NCBI GenBank assembly: GCA_002269645.1
Contig: NIVC01004031.1
Span: 1 to 63,687, forward strand
Source: Macrostomum lignano
Lineage: Eukaryota
Direction: 5' to 3'
DNA length: 63,687 nt
The translations under genes were made by a program, and so were the position numbers. Position 1 is the first letter of the stretch. Each line of letters starts with the position of its first letter. This document shows, piece after piece, positions 39,930 through 52,000 of this stretch. A model generated the notes under the pieces. It saw only the letters and a list, made by a program, of their open reading frames with translations. It was not told the origin of the DNA and did no database searches.

Positions 39930-40026
39930 TGGATTTTTTGCAAGCCAGAACGCCGCGCGTCATCAAGGCGAAGCTGAGCAGCGCGAGAGCGACTTTCACA
40001 GCGTTGAAGCCGCAGGGTCCAGGCAT
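39930..40026 (-). CDS. WSC-domain secreted protein 2, exon 1 (signal peptide)
   Basis: MPGPCGFNAVKVALALLSFALMTRGVLACKKS; 97 nt, A|GTGAGA phase-1 donor. Confidence 0.78.
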
Positions 40027-40440
40027 GGCCTGATTCTATAACTTACTCGCGGTTTTGGAATATTCTTGCAATGGAAACAAGCGTTCTATCTGACAGCTTC
40101 TCTCTAGGCCTGATCGAGCGTGAGCCAAGTGAGGCTTGACTCTAGAGAGAGCAAGCATTCGCCACTCAACTTACATCAGCTGTCTATGGTTCGAAAACTT
40201 CCTTTTCTTGCGATGTGATGCCTCTAAAAATAGACTACTAGCTCGTACTGAATAGCGGTAAATTATATGAAACGGGTTGCAAAAATATTAATGAGGTCAC
40301 TTTCCCACTTTGTGTTTTACTTCTGTCAAAGTTTCAATTCATTAGTAAACATGTAACATGATTTATTAGCCAATTTTGACCGTTTACCGCTTCAAACCTC
40401 GATCCGGCCAGTTAATCTAAAAACCTCACAATGAATAATT

Positions 40441-43400
40441 CCGCAGACCCCAAGCACTGTCAGTCACTCCACAGACCTCATTGTCAGTCACTCCGCAGAC
40501 CTCATTGTCAGTCACTCCGCAGACCCCACTGTCAGTCACTCCGCAGACCCCACTGTCAGTCACTCCGCAGACCCCATTGTCAGTCACTCCGCAGACCCCA
40601 CTGTCAGTCACTCCGCAGACCCCACTGTCAGTCACTCCGCAGATCTTATTGTCAGTCACTCCGCAGACCCCACTGTCAGTCACTCCGCAGATCTCATTGT
40701 CAGTCACTCCGCAGACCTCATTGTCAGTCACCCCGCAGACCCCACTGTCAGTCACTCCGCAGACCCCACTGTCAGTCACTCCGCAGACCTCATTGTCAGT
40801 CACCCCGCAGACCCCACTGTCAGTCACTCCGCAGACCCCACTGTCAGTCACTACGCAGACCCCACTGTCAGTCACTCCGCAGATCTCATTGTCAGTCACT
40901 CCGCAGATCTCATTGTCAGTCACTCCGCAGATCTCATTGTCAGTCACTCCGCAGATCTCATTGTCAGTCACTCCGCAGACCTCATTGTCAGTCACCCCGC
41001 AGACCCCACTGTCAGTCACTCCGCAGACCTCATTGTCAGTCACCCCGCAGACCTCATTGTCAGACACTCCGCAGACCTCATTGTCAGTCACCCCGCAGAC
41101 CCCACTGTCAGTCACTCCGCAGACCTCATTGTCAGTCACTCCGCAGACCCCATTGTCAGTCACTCCGCAGACCCCACTGTCAGTCACTCCGCAGATCTCA
41201 TTGTCAGTCACTCCGCAGACCCCACTGTCAGTCACTCCGCAGACCCCACTGTCAGTCACTCCGCAGATCTCATTGTCAGTCACTCCGCAGACCTCATTGT
41301 CAGTCACTCCGCAGACCCCACTGTCAGTCACTCCGCAGATCTCATTGTCAGTCACTCCGCAGACCTCATTGTCAGTCACCCCGCAGACCCCACTGTCAGT
41401 CACTCCGCAGACCCCACTGTCAGTCACTCCGCAGACCTCATTGTCAGTCACCCCGCAGACCCCACTGTCAGTCACTCCGCAGACCCCACTGTCAGTCACT
41501 ACGCAGACCCCACTGTCAGTCACTCCGCAGATCTCATTGTCAGTCACTCCGCAGATCTCATTGTCAGTCACTCCGCAGATCTCATTGTCAGTCACTCCGC
41601 AGATCTCATTGTCAGTCACTCCGCAGACCTCATTGTCAGTCACCCCGCAGACCCCACTGTCAGTCACTCCGCAGACCCCACTGTCAGTCACTCCGCAGAC
41701 CTCATTGTCAGTCACCCCGCAGACCCCACTGTCAGTCACTCCGCAGACCCCACTGTCAGTCACTACGCAGACCCCACTGTCAGTCACTCCGCAGATCTCA
41801 TTGTCAGTCACTCCGCAGATCTCATTGTCAGTCACTCCGCAGATCTCATTGTCAGTCACTCCGCAGATCTCATTGTCAGTCACTCCGCAGACCTCATTGT
41901 CAGTCACCCCGCAGATCTCATTGTCAGTCACTCCGCAGATCTCATTGTCAGTCACTCCGCAGACCTCATTGTCAGTCACCCCGCAGACCCCACTGTCAGT
42001 CACTCCGCAGACCTCATTGTCAGTCACCCCGCAGACCTCATTGTCAGACACTCCGCAGACCTCATTGTCAGTCACTCCGCAGACCCCACTGTCAGTCACT
42101 CCGCAGATCTCATTGTCAGTCACTCCGCAGACCCCACTGTCAGTCACTCCGCAGATCTCATTGTCAGTCACTCCGCAGACCCCACTGTCAGTCACTCCGC
42201 AGACCTCATTGTCAGTCACTCCGCAGACCTCATTGTCAGTCACTCCGCAGACCTCATTGTCAGTCACTCCGCAGACCCCATTGTCAGTCACTCCGCAGAC
42301 CTCATTGTCAGTCACCCCGCAGACCCCACTGTCAGTCACTCCGCAGACCTCATTGTCAGTCACCCCGCAGACCCCACTGTCAGTCACTCCGCAGACCCCA
42401 CTGTCAGTCACTCCGCAGACCTCATTGTCAGTCACTCCGCAGATCTTATTGTCAGTCACTCCGCAGACCCCACTGTCAGTCACTCCGCAGATCTCATTGT
42501 CAGTCACTCCGCAGATCTCATTGTCAGTCACTCCGCAGACCTCATTGTCAGTCACCCCGCAGACCCCACTGTCAGTCACTCCGCAGACCTCATTGTCAGT
42601 CACCCCGCAGACCTCATTGTCAGACACTCCGCAGACCTCATTGTCAGTCACTCCGCAGACCCCACTGTCAGTCACTCCGCAGATCTCATTGTCAGTCACT
42701 CCGCAGACCCCACTGTCAGTCACTCCGCAGACCTCATTGTCAGTCACTCCGCAGATCTTATTGTCAGTCACTCCGCAGACCCCACTGTCAGTCACTCCGC
42801 AGATCTCATTGTCAGTCACTCCGCAGACCCCACTGTCAGTCACTCCGCAGACCTCATTGTCAGTCACTCCGCAGACCTCATTGTCAGTCACTCCGCAGAC
42901 CTCATTGTCAGTCACTCCGCAGACCCCATTGTCAGTCACTCCGCAGACCTCATTGTCAGTCACCCCGCAGACCCCACTGTCAGTCACTCCGCAGACCTCA
43001 TTGTCAGTCACCCCGCAGACCCCACTGTCAGTCACTCCGCAGACCCCACTGTCAGTCACTACGCAGACCCCACTGTCAGTCACTCCGCAGATCTCATTGT
43101 CAGTCACTCCGCAGATCTCATTGTCAGTCACTCCGCAGATCTCATTGTCAGTCACTCCGCAGATCTCATTGTCAGTCACTCCGCAGACCTCATTGTCAGT
43201 CACCCCGCAGACCCCACTGTCAGTCACTCCGCAGACCTCATTGTCAGTCACCCCGCAGACCTCATTGTCAGACACTCCGCAGACCTCATTGTCAGTCACT
43301 CCGCAGACCCCACTGTCAGTCACTCCGCAGATCTCATTGTCAGTCACTCCGCAGACCCCACTGTCAGTCACTCCGCAGACCTCATTGTCAGTCACTCCGC

Positions 43401-43915
43401 AGACCTCATTGTCAGTCACTCCGCAGACCTCATTGTCAGTCAACCCGCAGACCGCACTGTCAGTCACTCCGCAGACCTCATTGTCAGTCACCCCGCAGAC
43501 CCCACTGTCAGTCACTCCGCAGACCTCATTGTCAGTCACCCCGCAGACCCCACTGTCAGTCACTCCGCAGACCCCACTGTCAGTCACTCCGCAGACCTCA
43601 TTGTCAGTCACTCCGCAGACCTCATTGTCAGTCACCCCGCAGACCCCACTGTCAGTCACTCCGCAGACCTCATTGTCAGTCACTCCGCAGACCTCATTGT
43701 CAGTCACTCCGCAGACCCCATTGTCAGTCACTCCGCAGACCCCACTGTCAGTCACTCTGCAGACCTCACCATCAGCAGTCACTCCACAGACCTCATTGTC
43801 AGCAGTCACTCCGCAGACCTCTCTCATCAATCACTCTGCAGACCTCTCTCATCAGTCACTCCGCAGACCTCTCTCATCAATCACTCTGCAGACCTCACCA
43901 TATCAGTCACTCCGA
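40441..43915. repeat. 3.5-kb 24-bp satellite CCCCACTGTCAGTCACTCCGCAGA with higher-order structure
   Basis: About 144 units; landmark variants spaced at exact multiples of 24. Confidence 0.97.
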
Positions 43916-44263
43916 AGACCTTTTGATGTTTTTGGTTTTGCGGACTGCGAAACGCAGCTGTACTGAAAAAACTCATGAACTTGAAAAAAATGTACTTCCA
44001 CTTCCACATCAATTAGGCCCCTCTCTGATGCTTTTTAAATTAATACAGGTCAGTAGCTTGGAAAGTGGAAACATATTACAATCAGCAGCGACAGCGTGTA
44101 TAAGACTTATTTTAAAGCCGACTCCGGTGAGTTTAAAATTGTCGGTTCACAAATTCAATTGATCATGAATAGCCTATGCCTAGATTGATGGATTGATAGA
44201 CTTAAAGTTTTGTAATGCATTTTTATTAGTTTAAAAAGCCAAACAAATCTCCACCCACCAGCT

Positions 44264-44336
44264 GCCTCGTTAGCGCAGTAGGTAGCGCGTCAGTCTCATA
44301 ATCTGAAGGTCGTGAGTTCGATCCTCACACGGGGCA
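44264..44336 (+). tRNA. tRNA-Met (CAT), elongator type
   Basis: GCCTCGTTAGCGCAGTAGGTAGCGCGTCAGTCTCATAATCTGAAGGTCGTGAGTTCGATCCTCACACGGGGCA: 73 nt, intact cloverleaf with CAT anticodon. Confidence 0.96.
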
Positions 44337-44340
44337 CTAC

Positions 44341-44346
44341 TTTTTT
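44341..44346 (+). terminator. Pol III terminator of tRNA-Met
   Basis: T6 run 4 nt downstream of the tRNA. Confidence 0.7.
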
Positions 44347-45258
44347 GTAACATTTTTTTTACAGTTAATGGGTTAACAGACTCCGAGACAAAGTATGCTA
44401 GTAGGTTTATGAATTTGTGGGCTTCATTTTGCAAAAAATATCTAACTGATTAGTTTTACTGATTTTTTCTTAGTAGAAACGCTACATATGTACACGTACG
44501 CCAAGATTTTGTAATTTGACCAAATTAAATATGCATATATACAGTTCGATTTCTCAGAAACTAGTCCAAATTAAAAATTATATTCGATTAAAAACCCTAC
44601 AATTTTTTAAATGCACATCTGAACTCGGAAATATTTATTGAAATGTTTCTATTCTAAACTTTGCTTCAGAATAACGGGTCCTACGAAACATATCGGCAGT
44701 AAAAATTCAAGTCGAATGAATGAGTCCGATATTAAATTTAAGTATCTAAAAATTATTTTATACCATGGCAATAATCTTGTTATTTGGAGAACCCATTTGG
44801 AATTTTTCTGAAATTTTGAATTTTAACTTTTGCTTTTCTTGCAAAATTTACACGCAGGACTCGCAGATATATTTTTATTTATAATAAATCTCGTTAAGAT
44901 GTCTGCATCATGCTACTAGTGATAAGTAGGCCAAGAATTAGTGCGAACATGATAACTTTTGTTTAAATTAACAACGCAAACATGGCGCCTATTTATGTTT
45001 AGGAACGACAAATTTATTGCAACCACACGGATTTATTGAACAAAGAGCATTTTAAACACCAACTAAAAGTTAAACACAGGCAGTGAAAACATTGGTGAAG
45101 AAAAGCCGGTGACTTATGACTGGCTGAACTGAATGCAAATTACTAAAAAGTAATGAGAAGTGAATTTCAAAAGCAGAAAAATCATTTAGTGTGCGATACA
45201 TGCTACTGTCTCCTGCCAATTAAGCGAGTAGAAGACATATTTTTGGTAAACTTCATAT

Positions 45259-45437
45259 CATACATGCGCAACCTTGGGAATCACTCGGCCGTTACTATTG
45301 GCAACACACACACACACATACATGTAAGTCGCTATTGGCTGAAAGCAGTCACGTGACTACTATTCCGTCCAATAGCGACTTACGTGTGCGTTGCCAATAG
45401 AAACGGCCGGGTGAGTCCCTAGGTTGCGCCCAAGCAT
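45259..45437. mobile_element. Foldback MITE, copy 2
   Basis: Same ends and palindromic body as 33588-33762; TSD not recognisable. Confidence 0.72.
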
Positions 45438-45794
45438 TTAGCTGACTAGGGTTAAATTAGATTTAAAGGTTCAAAGGTTATTTTTCTAAGTAAATGCAAA
45501 TGGTGAACAGCGTTATTGCATGACATGTTGGATCTGAGCCTTTGTAATGCTAGGAAGAATTTCAACAGAATAAGAATTCTGTAATTATGACGAATATCAA
45601 AGTGAAAACGATACAAATGGAAGGCATATATTACCTGTGTTCGTTGGTAGGAGCCCAATTTGGAGATAAACAGATGGCACATGTTGAAGATTACAAGCAC
45701 TAAACGGGGGTCACATATCAAAGTAACTGAAGTAGAACATAAGCGGGCAGCTTGGACGTGAAAATATGTGGAATGGCTGATTCAGAATATGAGA

Positions 45795-46235
45795 TCCACT
45801 ATGAATCCAGGATTTGGGATCTAAAGATCTGGGATCTGAGATCTCGGATCTGGGATCAAGAATCTCGGATCTCGGATCTGGGATCAAGAATCTGGGATCT
45901 CGGATCTGGGATCAAGAATCTGAGATCTCGGATCTGGGATCAAGAATCTCGGATCTCGGATCTGGGATCAAGAATCTGAGATCTCGAATCTGGGATCAAG
46001 AATCTGGGACCTCGGATCTGGGATCAAGAATCTGGGATCTCGGATCTGGGATCAAGAATCTGAGATCTCGGATCTGGGATCAAGAATCTGGGATCTCGGA
46101 TCTGGGATCAAGAATCTGGGATCTGGATTTGGGATTTAGGATCTGGGATAGTAGGAACTGGAAGCTGGGATCTGGGATTTAGGAACTGGGATAGTAGGAA
46201 CTGGAAGCTGGGATCTGGGATCTAGGATTTGGGAT
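45795..46235. repeat. GGATCT-based minisatellite (GATCTCGGATCTGGGATCAAGAATCTG)
   Basis: Tandem units 3' of the zinc-finger gene. Confidence 0.9.
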
Positions 46236-46317
46236 ATTGGAACAATTTGGATGACCACTCTGCATATTTTAAAACAAAAGTGTAATTGTAATCGAGTATC
46301 AAAACGGCAATGGCACG

Positions 46318-46698
46318 TCAAGACTCGTCAGCCATGCCAATGGAATTGGCCATCCGGTGGCTCCACTCCTCAGTCAGCAGCAGCAGGCGGCGCAGCGCGA
46401 ACACATCGGTTATGTTCCGGCGCTCCTTGGCAACGCAGCGGCGGAACTGCAGCAGCTGAGCGGGCGGCAGCGGGGCGGCCAGCCGCAGGCAGACCCGAAA
46501 GCGCCAGTCGTGTCTGCACCGGTCGGGACTGACGTCAAATCGGCTGCAGAGGCGACGGAAGTCGGAATCGTACAGGCAGCCAACAAGGCAGTTGTAGCCG
46601 AACTCGGAGAATATCAGGTTGGACAGTTGGCGATAGGCAAAGAACAGGTTGTGCCCGTCCAGAAGCAGCTGATGGGGTTTGGTGAGGAGTGAGGGAGT
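46318..46698 (-). CDS. Zinc-finger gene exon D (unrecognised C-terminal domain)
   Basis: GC3-rich open frame LTKPHQLLLDGHNLFFAYRQLSNLIFSEFGYNCLVGCLYDSDFRRLCSRF...GMADES*. The acceptor is at 46698 (in frame) or at 46721 with one missing base. Confidence 0.72.
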   Translation of the reverse strand, partial: TPSLLTKPHQLLLDGHNLFFAYRQLSNLIFSEFGYNCLVGCLYDSDFRRLCSRFDVSPDRCRHDWRFRVCLRLAAPLPPAQLLQFRRCVAKERRNITDVFALRRLLLLTEEWSHRMANSIGMADES

Positions 46699-46814
46699 CT
46701 GGATATGGATATGTCAACGACCTGAGCAATGTAGCCACTTAAAATCCCTATTTGTTTACAGATTAGAGATTAGGCTCAATGAGGGGTTTGAAGTCGTTCG
46801 TAGGATCCTGAATA

Positions 46815-47545
46815 TTAGATCTGCATGACGGAGTCTGGGATCTGCATGACGGAGTCTGGGATCTGCATGATGGAATCTGGGATCCGCATGATGGAGTCTG
46901 GGATCCGCATGATGGAGCCTGGGATCTGCATGATGGAGTCTGGGATCTGCATGATAGAGTCTGGGATCTGCATGATGGAGCCTGGGATCTGCATGATGGA
47001 GTCTGGGATCTGCATGATGGAGCCTGGGATTTGCATGATGGAATCTGGGATCTGCATGATGGAGTCTGGGATCTGCATAATAGAGTTTGGGATCTGCATG
47101 ATGGAGTCTGGGATTTACATGATGGATTCTGGGATCTACGCGATGGATTCTGGGATCTACGCGATGGAGTCTGGGATCTACATGATGGAGTCTGGGATCT
47201 ACGCGATGGAGTCTGGGATCTACATGATGGAGTCTGGGATCTACATGATGGAGTCTGGGTTCTGCATAACAGAGTCTGGGATCTGCATGATGGAGTCTGG
47301 GATCTGCTTGATGGAGTCTGGGATCTGCATGATAAAATCCGGGATTTGCATGATGGAGTCTGGGATCTACGCGATGGAGTCTGGGATCTACATGATGGAG
47401 TCTGGGATCTACATGATGGAGTCTGGGTTCTGCATAACAGAGTCTGGGATCTGCATGATGGAGTCTGGGATCTGCTTGATGGAGTCTGGGATCTGCATGA
47501 TAAAATCCGGGATTTGCATGATGGAGTCTGGGTGGAGTCTGGATG
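46815..47545. repeat. 21-bp minisatellite GGGATCTGCATGATGGAGTCT filling zinc-finger gene intron 3
   Basis: Tandem units; source of the MMESGIC/HHADPRL ORFs. Confidence 0.95.
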
Positions 47546-47572
47546 ACACAGAAAAGCAATTTGCTGACAGAC

Positions 47573-48028
47573 CTGCAGGCCTTCCTGGTAGAAGCGCACT
47601 GTGGGCTTGGCCTGCTGCCCGCCGCTGCCGTCGCCAGCAAACAGTCGGTCACCGCAGCGCACGGCGCGCACCGGCAGGTGGCCCGTGATGGGCGTGAAGC
47701 CGATCAAGGATGAGGCATCGAAGGGGTCGCGGGCCGACACCTCATCCTCAGCCTCGTCGTCGGGCGCCGGAGGGGCAGGCGAAGGCGGCGGCGGCGGCTC
47801 GGCTTTGCCTTCGACAGCAGCCGAAGCTACTGACACCGGGGCGGAGCTGTCGCTGCCGCCGCTGGAGCTGTCAGCGCGACCTCGACGACTTTCGGATGGC
47901 CGTTGCAACGTTTTTTGTTTTTTCTGCTGCGCCTTTTTTGGCTGGCGGCGCCTAGCAACTAGCCGGCGCTTTTGATTGGCTGTCGTTGCGACAGACCCGC
48001 CGACGGCTCCTTCCGATGCCTCCTCCTC
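47573..48028 (-). CDS. Zinc-finger gene exon C (basic NLS-like, Pro/acidic linker, start of a globular domain)
   Basis: ccctcag|EEEASEG...KRRLVARRRQPKKAQQKKQKTLQRP...FTPITGHLPVRAVRCGDRLF...VRFYQEGLQ|GTCTGT; 456 nt, open and in phase. Confidence 0.75.
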
Positions 48029-48453
48029 CTGAGGGATTTTTTAATTTCCAAGAAATTTAAATTAGCGTTACTCGCAAAATGCGTGCATCTACTCTTCATC
48101 AGTAGCAAAATTAGCGTTTTTTGCCTTTGTGAGAGTAAAACTAGAAATTCATTAGTTTTGCAATCTGGGATAATAAAGGTTTTGAAGCTGCAACAATCAC
48201 AGGTGGCTTTCTACAGACAGACTCATAAAATCTGCATATTAATCCCGCTTTACCGACTTCAGACTGCCTGAGACTCGAAATTTATACTCAACAACATAAA
48301 AAATAATCTGTGGGTGCTACTTTTGAGAGTGCAGTGCAAAGTCAGGCCGATAAACTGTTAGGCTTAAGCCTAAAGCGCTTTCTTCTTGCCAGCTCGTGTC
48401 TGACTTTGACTCTGACCAGAAGATTGGGATACCAGAAGCAACCCCTTGCTTAC

Positions 48454-48624
48454 CTCCTCGTCCTCTCCATTCTGGCTGCTGACTACGGCGTCGCGTAGAG
48501 AAGGTCTGGCCCGCTTCCGGGAGTTGCTGCCGGATGCAGACGCAGCGGTGGCATCAGCGGATGCGGATGTGCCACCCGAAGCCGATGGCTTGCCGGGAAA
48601 GCTGATATGGCAACGCATTTTACC
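48454..48624 (-). CDS. Zinc-finger gene exon B (low complexity, RKRAR NLS-like)
   Basis: cacgcag|GKMRCHISFPGKPS...NSRKRARPSL...NGEDEE|GTAAGC; 171 nt, phase 0-0. Confidence 0.75.
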
Positions 48625-48841
48625 CTGCGTGAAAATTGGTTGGAATTTCACACTGCCAAAGCTAGCAAAAGTGACTACATAGAAATACTAGCGATTTTGT
48701 ACTGAATTTTGATTATGTAAAGTTTTGAGTTCGAGTTGAGCTAAGTAAAATTCCAAGAATTTGAAAGCAAGACAAAGACAAAGGTGATGTATCTTAGAAA
48801 CAAACAATGATTGGGGCCCCAAGGTTACAACAAGAACTTAC

Positions 48842-49057
48842 CTGGCCATTATGAGCTTGCCGACAATGCTTATCGATGATGGTCTTCTTGTTAGTGACCA
48901 TCTGGCACACTGAGCACACATGCACACTAGATGCTGGCTGGCTGCAGCTCACTGTATGCTGCAGAAATGTACTTAGATCAGCATAAGACTTCTTGCAATT
49001 TTTGCAGGCTAAATCTACTAAAACCATATTGATCCTGCTGATGGTGATAACTGGCAT
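48842..49057 (-). CDS. Zinc-finger protein gene, exon A (two C2H2/C2HC-like fingers)
   Basis: CKNCKKSYADLSTFLQHTVSC and CSVCQMVTNKKTIIDKHCRQAH; CAG|GTAAGT donor; 216 nt from the first ATG. The true start or an upstream exon is uncertain. Confidence 0.72.
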
Positions 49058-52000
49058 AAATCAAGTTTAGTAGAAAGATTATCCAAAAGCTAAATATAAA
49101 CAAAGATTATTCACTAGACCAGACTATATTTTGATTTTAATTCCTCAGCTTAAAGAATTAAAGATAATATTTCTTCCATCTTTCTAATGGCTTACATTTT
49201 ATTTAAAATTTAGACAAAAGCTAAAAACTTCATTATGAAATTTGCTTAGTTATTATCAACATAGATGATTTTTAAAAGGCTAAAATTATACAAGGCTAGT
49301 CAGTACTTCTCTATAATTTTTTGTCATCTGTAATATGCATTTTTCAATCCTTCTCAAAGAACTTAAATTTTATCATCTAAAAAAGCCTCAGTAAAATGTA
49401 TGACACCATTTTTGATCATTTTTGGCTATAACCTGTGCTTTTAACTCTTTTGTCTTATTTTAGGCCCTATAGTCAGGAAGGTGTCATGTATGCCAAAATT
49501 TCCCTGATGGCTCATTGAGCACATGAAACTGGATTGTCTATCCAGAAGTCTATCCAGGTTCTGTAAGACTACAACTGATCTCCCTCTACTTAAGTGCACA
49601 TATCTCATGAAATAGAAATCTAAATCAATTGCAGTTTAAGTCATTTTAAAGAAGAGACTTATTGCTTTTAAAGGAAACCAAACTTGTGTCAATTCAGCTT
49701 TTGCCAAGTTAAGAAAAGTTAAAATTTTTAATAATGGTGCCCAACACTGAGTATATCTTAAACAAAATATTAGTTAGGCCCCAAAAAATTACAAATTTGA
49801 TTAGGTATATATTTATTAAAGCTAAATGTTTATAATAACTTTTGATACTGAAATTTACCATTTGTTCTTTTTTTAAAATACAAAATTTTAGTGGCTTCAT
49901 ATGCCACAAAATCTTGTCTATGGCGAAGAGAGCCTAAACTACAAAGTGCTATATAATAAAGGGTAGTTAGCAAATAAAAGGAAAGAAAAGGAAGGCATAA
50001 GTTAACATAAGAATGTATCAAGTGTTAGTAAAAATCTAAGTTTTAATCTTCCAAGTCTTGTGTAAGTTATATTGTTGTAAAGACCCACAAGGATAATACA
50101 AAAGTATCAATTTTTTAAGTCAAATGTCAATATTTTAGTTTTTTAGATAATATCTAAATTTAGATAGTAATGTAATATCTAAATTTAGATGGTAATGGTG
50201 ACGATACCTATATTGAAAAAGTACATATACTAGGCCTAGTAGAAACCACTCAGGTTAGAATTTTATCAGAATACATTAGAATTTAAAATATTGGCAATTG
50301 TTATTATTACAGTGACCACATAAATAACAAGACAAACTTGCTGTGCAAATACTGTGATGGTTAAATTTAAAAAAAAGTAACATGTTATTCATAAATATGA
50401 TAGTAACTTTTAGTTCTAGTGGTTTTTGGCATGGTAGTTTACTTTTAGGTAATTGTTAACTATTACATTGTAATCAAACTGAAATTTCTTCTACATGACA
50501 GTAAAAATAGCCATTTTGCTTTCTATCTACAGTGACCATAAAAAACAGTTTTGCTATTTATATGGTTACATTAAGTAAAGACCATAGGCCCAGATAGTGT
50601 CTTATGCATTAACTGTAAAAACAATCATTTTGTTATTTATATGGTCACTGTAACAATAACAACTGCCTAAAAGAATACTTAAATAGTGTGGTAGGCCAGA
50701 CTACCATTGTCTGAGCAGAATGAGACTCCCATTGGCAATGATTAATTATTTCTCCTTTCAGTGGTGACTTATATTTTTGAATTTTCTGTTAGTATTTCTT
50801 TATGCTTTCAGGATAAAAGCAAGTTTTTTCCCATTAATTTGGTGCTCATTATTCAATCTTGTGCTCATATTTATCCAATGTGATACAATAATCCTGCACT
50901 TTTGCGATCCATTATTTAGCCTTAAGCTTTATGGTAAAAGCCCACACCAATGTGACTACATTTATCCTCATGCAATATAGTAACCTATCTGTTCATTTGT
51001 GTTTCATTATTTGGGTAACCCCATCTTACTGTAAACTTTTCTAGCATGCCATCAAAGTGTAGAAAGTCTTCCTTCTTTTCCTTATACTTTCAGGAGAAAA
51101 GCAGCATTAATCTATAAACATCTCAGTTTTAATTGTAAACTGAATGTAACTTTTCCCAATTCTACAAGCATTTTGCTATTTGAGCCAAGTAATCTTTTGC
51201 CCCACTCATGTCAAGCTGCCCTGGTTCAAGGCTTTGTCCTTAGCGGAGGGCATCTGAGGCTAACCAACCCTTTTTCTTTGTTCTGATCAAGCCTAAGCCT
51301 GGTAAATTTTGTAAAGGCCCCTCAGTTTAGGCTCCATTTCCCATTATTTTTTTCATGTGCCCTTTTCTGTGTAACTCCATTTGGAGATTCCTGCTTATTA
51401 TGCATATCTTGATTGCTAACCTTATTTTGTCAAAAAAACTTTAGTAAAGAGCCCACAGCTACTCCCTTACTGACAATCTCTTAACTAATGTTTATGCCAA
51501 TACCTCTCTTTTACCTAACCCATTTATGTGAGCTGTTCAGGCCCTCCCTATTTTAAATCAATTGGACATATCTGCATCTGCCTTAGCCCAAGAGAGGCGA
51601 CTCTGGAACCCTACCTTGTGGTTAAAGTTTTATTGCTCTAAAATTCACTCACCTACCCCATCTCTGTGTGTGCCTCCATAGAGTGCATAGGAATGATGAC
51701 CCCTTTTTCAGTAGTTGCTTTTTATTTCTAGTGGTTGGTTCATATTTCCTCCAGTTGGTTATCTGTGTTATATATACATGTAAACCAATTTTCATTCTCA
51801 ATTTCTTAACTCTGTTTGCAATTAATTGACCTGCATTGTCAGCATTTTGTTTTGGTTTGCAACTTTCACTCAATTGGCAACAATGGACAATGACCTAAAA
51901 CTGTAAGCACTAGAATTGTGCTTATATCAAAGCAAAAAAACAATGGCCTCCTCTTGTCTTGACTGTTGTATCTAGCCAGACCAGCTCTACACTAAAGGGC

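Noticed and set aside
46357-46692. Plus-strand 111-aa ORF (QQQQAAQREH...)
   Set aside because: Antisense shadow of the GC3-rich minus-strand exon D.
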